Source of the DNA: Bryobacterales bacterium
GTDB taxonomy: Bacteria > Acidobacteriota > Terriglobia > Bryobacterales > UBA6623
DNA: 64,000 nucleotides
Direction: 5' to 3'
Assembly (NCBI GenBank): GCA_965205085.1
Contig: OZ242039.1
Span: 254,036-318,035, forward strand
Shown: positions 59,601 through 64,000 of the stretch, piece by piece
How positions within the stretch are numbered: position 1 is the first letter of the stretch
Layout of the letters: every line of letters starts with the position of its first letter
Made by a program: the position numbers and the translations under genes
The notes under the pieces: generated by a model
Seen by the model: the letters and a program-made list of their open reading frames with translations, nothing else
Databases searched by the model: none
Told to the model about the DNA's origin: nothing

Positions 59601-59756
59601 GTGTTCGAAGCCTACCGACTCCTGGTGATGCACGAGACGTTCCTGCTAGCGGAAGGCGTGCTGCAGAACACTGACGGGACGGCGGCTGTCAAGACGGAAA
59701 GCCTGGTCCGCTTGCATTCGCCTGTGCTGGGGATGGGGTCGCACGATTTCCATTAG
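56616..59756 (+). CDS. dnaE2: Error-prone DNA polymerase III alpha subunit DnaE2
   Basis: 1046 aa with PHP N-terminus MYVELHSASGFSFLEGAS, GRGSAANS, KVDLLGLGM, IRPGPI and LFQEQ. Confidence 0.95.
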   Translation: MYVELHSASGFSFLEGASAPEDLLGEAANLGYEALALCDRDSVSGAPRFFQAARSAGVRALVGCEISLDQPGIRKGTPNAVLDRRLTVLVENREGYRNLCQLLTRVNLRSPKGEGRARWEDMDNYSSGLVALLHDLRDEDAVRGIFGPRNVYVELQRHLLREQERDNRERVAFARAHGLPLVATNGVRYDTVRHKPLYDALTCLRFKRTLDNAGRLLDANAERHIKPPAAMERLFADLPEAIGNADELGQRLGFTLERLGYEFPRYPVPSGETATSYLRKETLRGAVERYRGLPHREKAFRQIDRELDVIAKLQMEGYFLIVWDIVEFARQNGILCQGRGSAANSTVCYSLGITAVDPVGMDLLFERFLSEERSEWPDIDVDLPSGAQRERVIQHVYERYGKRGAGMAANVITYRGKSAVREMGKVLGFPEEMIGRLAKGINGFEYVDDTDDLLCQAEEASLDRSDPRVVHWLRLCLDVQTLPRHLGQHSGGMVICQGDLDAVVPLENARMPGRVVVQWDKEDCADLGIIKVDLLGLGMMAVLQQSTALIRSRGGSFDLARIPPGDPATYRMIQQADTVGVFQIESRAQMATLPRIKPACFYDLVVEVAIIRPGPITGNMVHPYINRRLGREPVRYAHPSLEPILKRTLGVPLFQEQLLRMAMIAAKFTGGQAEQLRRAMGFKRSHERMSELEGKLRTGLSENGIEGDAAEEIVRSIKSFALYGFPESHSASFALLAYASSYLKAHYPAEFLAALLNCQPMGFYSPAVLVKDAQRHGMRVLPVDVNESAPHCTVGDRPGVSAGLASCAASFVRLGLMYVGDLRAEAARRIAADRERGGRYRSIEEFARRVRLQKHELDALAEIGALNALGKGMHRREALWQVESAWRPRGPLFDRQDETLPETGPLAPMNPFERLETDYRVMGLTVGKHPMHYLRREVSGMGALSSREIESAANGQRVRVAGAVITRQRPGTAKGFCFVTLEDEMGTSNLVLPPQVFEAYRLLVMHETFLLAEGVLQNTDGTAAVKTESLVRLHSPVLGMGSHDFH

Positions 59757-59758
59757 CG

Positions 59759-59845
59759 GCCAGTTGCACTGGGAAGTGCGAAGTCGTGTATGGAGCCCCA
59801 GGGTCCGGATTTGGCCCATCGCATGGGAGAAACCGCGATGCCTTA
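59759..59845 (+). mobile_element. Older, diverged IS30-family left-end remnant immediately 3' of dnaE2
   Basis: GGCCAGTTGCACTGGGAAGTGCGAAG...TTGGCCCATCGCATGGGAGAAACCGCGATGCCTTA parallels the left end through the ATG of the IS30 copies. It is interrupted by copy D at 59863. Confidence 0.7.
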
Positions 59846-59862
59846 GACCGGGTTTGACATGG

Positions 59863-61207
59863 TGCCGGTTGCACTAGGAAATGCAACAGCGGGCGGAGGG
59901 CTCTAAGGTCCTGATGGGCCTATCCTAGGGGAGAAATCGCCATGCCTCAACAGTTCCGCCACCTGCAATACGACGAGCGCTGCCAGATCCATGCCTTGCA
60001 CCAGCAGGGATTCTCGGTCACCGCCATCGCCGCTCAACTCCAGCGTCACAAGTCCACCGTCTGTCGCGAACTCCGGCGTAACGCCGGCCCTTCCGGCTAT
60101 CACCATGAGCAGGCCCAGCAACTCGCTCGAGAGCGCCGCCACCGGGCCGTCACCGGCCCGCGCAAGCTCCAGCCAGCGATCTGGAACCTCATCTCTGACT
60201 GGCTCCAGCGCGACTGGAGCCCCGAGCAGGTGGCTGGTTCCCTGAAGCGGGTTGGAGCAGTGTCGGTCAGCTTCCCGTGGCTCTACCAGCGGATTCACCA
60301 GGACCGCGCCCAGGGCGGCTCACTCTACACCTACCTGCGGCAGCGCGGCAAGCCGCGCCGCTGCAAGGCCAGCCGGGGCAGCGCCGGCCGCGGCTGCATC
60401 CCGGGCCGCAGGGACCTCAGCGAACGCCCCGCGATCGTCGACTCGAAGCAGCGCTGCGGGGACTGGGAGGCCGACACGATCATCGGCAAGGCCCATAAAG
60501 GAGCCGCTGTCACGCTGGTGGAGAGGAAGTCGAAGTAGCTGCTTGCTCAGACAGTTAGACGGAAGACCGCCGCTTTGGTGGGTGACGCGATGCAGAACCT
60601 GCTGTGGCCCTTCTCGGCCCTGGTCCTGACCGTGACCTGTGACAACGGGAAGGAGTTCGCCGGCCCCGCCAGACCGCCGAGGCGCTCGACACCGACCTCT
60701 TCTTTGCCCTGCCCTACCGCTCCTGCGAGCGAGGCCTCAACGAACATACCAACGGCCTGCTGCGCCAGTTCGTGCCCAACTCCAAGAACCTGCGCACACT
60801 CGACCCGCAACGGCTGCAGGAAGCCATCAACCGGCTCAACCACCGCCCCCGCAAGGTGCTTGGCTAACGCACCCCGTAGGAGGTCTTCCGCGACGACTGT
60901 CTTGCTGTCTTGCGGCCGGCATCGACCCGCCACCCGCAGCCCCCGACCCCGGTCCTCTCTGATCGGGGCCGCAACGCGGCCCTCCCCGACGCACTTGCCC
61001 CTCTCGATCTGGCGGGCCCAGCCCGCCAGCGCCCCTGTGGTCCGGCCGCCTTTTCGGGCCAGATCCTCCTGCCCCCCTCGCGTAAAGGCCCCCGAGCGTC
61101 GCCTTGACAGATCCACCCCGCCTGCCGTACCCTGCTAGCAGTTCAGCCACTTACTCCAAGGGCCCTCTTCCCCGCTCGCTGTTGCGGTTCGATGTGCAAT
61201 GGGTGCC
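59863..61207 (+). mobile_element. IS30-family element, copy D (most complete, 1345 bp) but non-functional
   Basis: Left end TGCCGGTTGCACTAGGAAATGCAAC at 59863, hairpin 61009-61029, TTGACA 61104-61109 / TACCCT 61128-61133, IR-like end GTTGCGGTTCGATGTGCAATGGGTGCC up to about 61207. Confidence 0.85.
59942..60870 (+). pseudogene. IS30-family transposase with a TAG at 60536, a 1-nt deletion after KEFAG, and further stops
   Basis: MPQQFRHLQYDERCQIHALHQQGFSVTAIAAQLQRHKSTVCRELRRN..WLYQRIHQDRAQGG..VERKSK*LLAQTV..TCDNGKEFAG(frameshift)..LNHRPRKVLG*. Confidence 0.88.
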
Positions 61208-61326
61208 CTGCCGATCTGGGCACTATTGCATAGAATCCCCGCTAGGATCATAAAGTGGATAGTTCCCAATGAGAATTGCGGCACTGCCGGGCGGCAACTT
61301 GACACGGATGGTATACTCATTTACCA

Positions 61327-61797
61327 ATGGGGATCATGGGTGTCAGCACTGAGCAGACGCCTGTTGCGGCGTTGATCGTGGCGAAGCACATTCTGCTACT
61401 GCGGGATAGGGTCGACACCACGCCCATGCATGTGCTCAAGCTGGTATATCTGTGCCATGGGTGGATGCTGGGAATCCACGACACTCCGCTCATTGCTGAG
61501 CCTGTGGAGGCATGGCCGTACGGTCCCGTCGTGCCGACGGTGTACCACCGATACAAGAGGTACGGTAATGGGATCATCGTCGAGAGCGTGGCGGACCGAA
61601 GTGAGGACTTGACGCCCACGATGAGCGAACTGATCAAGTCCATAGAAGGTGTATACCGCCCATGTTCGGCTTTTCAACTCTCCGCTCTGACCCATCAGCC
61701 TGACACACCTTGGGACCTCACGCGCCGTGAAAAGGGAATTGGATCAGTGATTTCGAATGAACTGATCCGAGACCACTATCGGGGCCTGCTGGAGTGA
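61327..61797 (+). CDS. Panacea / DUF4065 (SocA, GepA-like) domain protein, putative antitoxin
   Basis: 156 aa. TTPMHVLKLVYLCHGWMLGIHDTPLIAEPVEAWPYGPVVPTVYHRYKRYG matches the DUF4065 core pattern (KL.KL.Y...G..L......L......AW..GPV....Y) as I remember it. Confidence 0.72.
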   Translation: MGIMGVSTEQTPVAALIVAKHILLLRDRVDTTPMHVLKLVYLCHGWMLGIHDTPLIAEPVEAWPYGPVVPTVYHRYKRYGNGIIVESVADRSEDLTPTMSELIKSIEGVYRPCSAFQLSALTHQPDTPWDLTRREKGIGSVISNELIRDHYRGLLE

Positions 61798-62039
61798 TAA
61801 ACCCCATTGAGAGAGCCCGGCAAGCACTTGAAGAAGCGTTACAGCGCCTTCCGGGCGAACCCGAAGGTGCTCATTTTACAATCGAACAGCTCGACTTAAT
61901 GGTTGCGGAAGCGGTTTCCCGGGAACTTGACAAACGCAGTAAGGAGCGCTGGGAGTTTGTCTGGAAGATGATCCAGCGCACAGGATGGATCATCGCTCCC
62001 ATTGCCGGCTCTGCCGTGATTTGGCGCACCTGCGCATGA
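61794..62039 (+). CDS. Hypothetical 81-aa protein with a hydrophobic C-terminal segment, candidate toxin partner
   Basis: GTG start overlaps the upstream TGA (GTGA). The N-terminal part is charged and helical-looking (ERARQALEEALQRL..ELDKRSKERWEFVWKMIQR); the C-terminal segment TGWIIAPIAGSAVIW is hydrophobic. No family recognised. Confidence 0.4.
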   Translation: MINPIERARQALEEALQRLPGEPEGAHFTIEQLDLMVAEAVSRELDKRSKERWEFVWKMIQRTGWIIAPIAGSAVIWRTCA

Positions 62040-62044
62040 GCACT

Positions 62045-62330
62045 TCAGATCGCCCAACTGGCCGACAGAACTTCGGCCTGCACCAGAACGGTCCGGGTCG
62101 CCGACTCCTGCTTGTCCTTGTCCGGCGGATAGCCGTGCCTCTGGAGGACGCGCTTCCCAAGGCGGCGGAGATTGGCGCGGACATTCAACCGTCGCGTCTA
62201 GTTGATGGTGACGCCCCCAAGTCTGTGCCACCGCCGATAGTTCGCAAATGCAGCGCAACTCGCAGGATCCGTCTGGGAGGGAATTCTTCCGGAACGATCA
62301 AGGGTCCATGGCCGCCGGTGCGATTGCACC
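62045..62330 (-). pseudogene. hsdR: Type I restriction enzyme R subunit (HsdR) C-terminal fragment
   Basis: Minus strand reads ..[55 protein letters not shown], matching the HsdR C-terminal (DUF3387-type) consensus ..IDWT.RE.VRA.LR..VKR.L.K.GYPPDK...A...VL.QAE.L. It has an internal stop and upstream frameshifts. Confidence 0.6.
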
Positions 62331-62683
62331 TGTCGTGACCAAGGGAAGTGGTCGGGCTGGAGGACAAGACGGCCCGTGTCCCCGGACACGCTCGACGCCG
62401 TTTGCGAAGTCCGCTTCCGGATCGACCGGCGTAGGCCCCTGCCGAGTCGCAGTGGCCAGCCACGCCAGCCGGTGCTGAACTCTGGCCTACCAGCTCCGTG
62501 GCAGTGTCAGCCGGCGGCGATCACAACCCATTCCAGCCTCTCGCTGACACGGATGCTGGACCCAGGCACCAACGTGCGCCTCGTCTACGAACCCCCTCCT
62601 GCCGCCCCGAACGGACCACCCGCTAGTTTCGCGGACGCTGTCGGTTCCTCCGAACAGCGACATCCATAAAGTGGTCAATCCCT

Positions 62684-62749
62684 TGCCGGTTGCACAAGGA
62701 AGCGCAACAGAGGGCGGATTGGGCCTAAGGTCCTGATGGGCCTATCCTA
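62684..62749 (+). mobile_element. IS30-family left end, interrupted by an IS630 element
   Basis: TGCCGGTTGCACAAGGAAGCGCAACAGAGGGCGGATTGGGCCTAAGGTCCTGATGGGCCTATCCTAG. Homology to copy D stops 11 nt before the position of its ATG. Confidence 0.8.
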
Positions 62750-63880
62750 GTGTCTACCGTTAGAAATGTGTTGACATCGGATCGGGGTTCTGGCACCGTC
62801 GTTGCAGACTCGAGAGGCAGAGATGGCCAATCAACCTACGCGAGTATCCCCCCAAATTGCGGACCCGCTACGCCAGCAACTGAACCGCTGGCTGCGACGG
62901 CAGAAGACCTCGCAGGCGCTGGCCTTGCGGGTGCGCATCATCCTTCATTCAGCCCAAGGCCACAGCGATCAGTGAGTCGCAGACAGATTGCATCCCACCC
63001 GCATCACGGCCGGGAAATGGCGGCGACGGTTCCTGGAGCACGGCTGCGACGGCTGGCTGGACAAACCCCGCTCAGGTGCGCCGAGGACGGTGACGGATGC
63101 CGATGGGGAGCAGGTCGTGGTACGAACCTTGCAGACACGTCCCCGAGGGGCAACCCAGTGGAGCCGCAAGTTGATGGCCCAAGCCTCCGGACTGAGCCCC
63201 TCCACCCTCGGCCGCATCTGGCGTGCATTCGGGCTCCAGCCACATCGGAGCGAGACATTCAAGTTGTCGCAGGACCTGCAGCTTATGCAGAAAGTGCCGG
63301 ATATCGTGGGTTTGTACATCCATCCGCCCGAGCGCGCAGTGGTGCTTTGTGTGGATGAGAATTCACAAATCCAGGCCCTGGACCGCACCCAGCCGGTCTT
63401 GCCGATGCAACCGGGAGTCCCCGAGCGGCAGACCCACGACGACCAACGCAAGGGGACGACCTCCCTGTTCGCGGCCCTGCATATCGCGACCGGTGAGGGG
63501 ACCGGCAAGGGCTATCGACGCCACCGCGCCGTGGAGTTCAAGAAGTTCCTGGCGCTGATCGACAAGGTGGTGCCAGAGACCCACGATGGGCATCGGGTCC
63601 TCGACAACTACGGGACCCATAAGTCAGCGCAGATCCAGAGCTGGCTGCGGCGGCGGCCGCGCTACCACCTGCACTTCACGCCGACTAGTGTTCTGTCACT
63701 GTCGAATTCGCGGGTAGGGCTTGGGTCGGTGCAGCGTGAACGGCGAAATACCAGCTGCCGATAACAGTTGTACGTCCGCTGCCGTTAACTCCAAGATCAA
63801 CCTGTGACGGAACACTAGTGCCTCGTGGTTGAATCAGGTGGAGCGTTGGTCTGCCGAGATCACGCGGCGGCGGATTCGCC
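62750..63880 (+). mobile_element. IS630-family element with a pseudogenised transposase (ATG 62823; in-frame TGA; MITE insertion; 3' truncation)
   Basis: MANQPTRVSPQIADPLRQQLNRWL..ALRVRIIL..SDQ*VADRL..TAGKWRRRFLEHG..LDKPRSGAPR..VLCVDENSQIQAL..GTTSLFAAL..VLDNYGTHKS..HFTPTS[MITE]ASWLNQVERW. Confidence 0.82.
63689..63814. mobile_element. 126-bp MITE-like element inserted in the IS630 transposase gene
   Basis: Terminal inverted repeats TGTTCTGTCACTG (63689-) and CCTGTGACGGAACA (-63814), flanked by CTAG at 63685-63688 and 63815-63818. Removing it restores the frame ..HFTPTSASWLNQ. Confidence 0.8.
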
Positions 63881-64000
63881 AGGACCGCGCCCAAGACGGC
63901 ACGCTGGACACCTACCTGCGGCAGCGCTGCAAGGCCAGCCGCGGCTGCATCCCGGGCCGCAGGGGCATCAGCGAGCGCCCCGCGATCGTCGACTCGAAGC
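63871..64000 (+). mobile_element. IS30-family internal fragment, runs off the right window edge
   Basis: RIRQDRAQDGTLDTYLRQRCKASRGCIPGRRGISERPAIVDSK matches copy B, C and D coding sequence. It is joined to IS630 within CGGATTCGCC. Confidence 0.8.

Noticed and set aside
61295-61327. Promoter and leaderless start for the Panacea gene (TTGACA 61299-61304, TATACT 61312-61317, ATG 61327)
   Set aside because: The two hexamers are only 7 nt apart, so they cannot act as one sigma70 promoter. TATACT alone, 9 nt before the ATG, would imply a leaderless mRNA, but this is too speculative without 5'-end data.

Overview
High-GC (about 62%) bacterial chromosomal window. The gene content (CarboxypepD_reg-type TonB-dependent receptors, three Cys-type sulfatases, Tat-signal sugar enzymes, a VWA-like secreted protein) suggests Acidobacteriota or a similar soil lineage, but this is inference only. 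Housekeeping genes I recognise: bioB-bioF-bioD, pgi, an MscS-like channel, a three-gene mgtE cluster, a class III aminotransferase, M48 and M1 peptidases, tpiA-secG-tRNA-Leu(GAG), a multicopper oxidase translationally coupled to an NCS2 permease, and an imuA-imuB-dnaE2 mutasome cassette. The backbone is heavily littered with dead mobile DNA. There are at least 8 copies or fragments of one IS30-family element, all on the + strand and all pseudogenised. There are also 3 IS630-family remnants, an IS66 (ISBst12-like) remnant next to the tRNA, a 126-bp MITE nested inside an IS630 copy, and one apparently intact 1787-bp IS with perfect 6-bp target duplications. Small accessory modules sit between the IS debris. 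These are an HTH-PIN toxin-antitoxin pair, an orphan higA beside a decayed higB, and the most interesting item: a Panacea/DUF4065-type antitoxin gene coupled by a GTGA overlap to an 81-aa ORF with a hydrophobic C-terminus, next to a type I restriction hsdR fragment. No CRISPR array, no rRNA and no complete known defence system was seen. All family calls are by eye from motifs; no searches were run.
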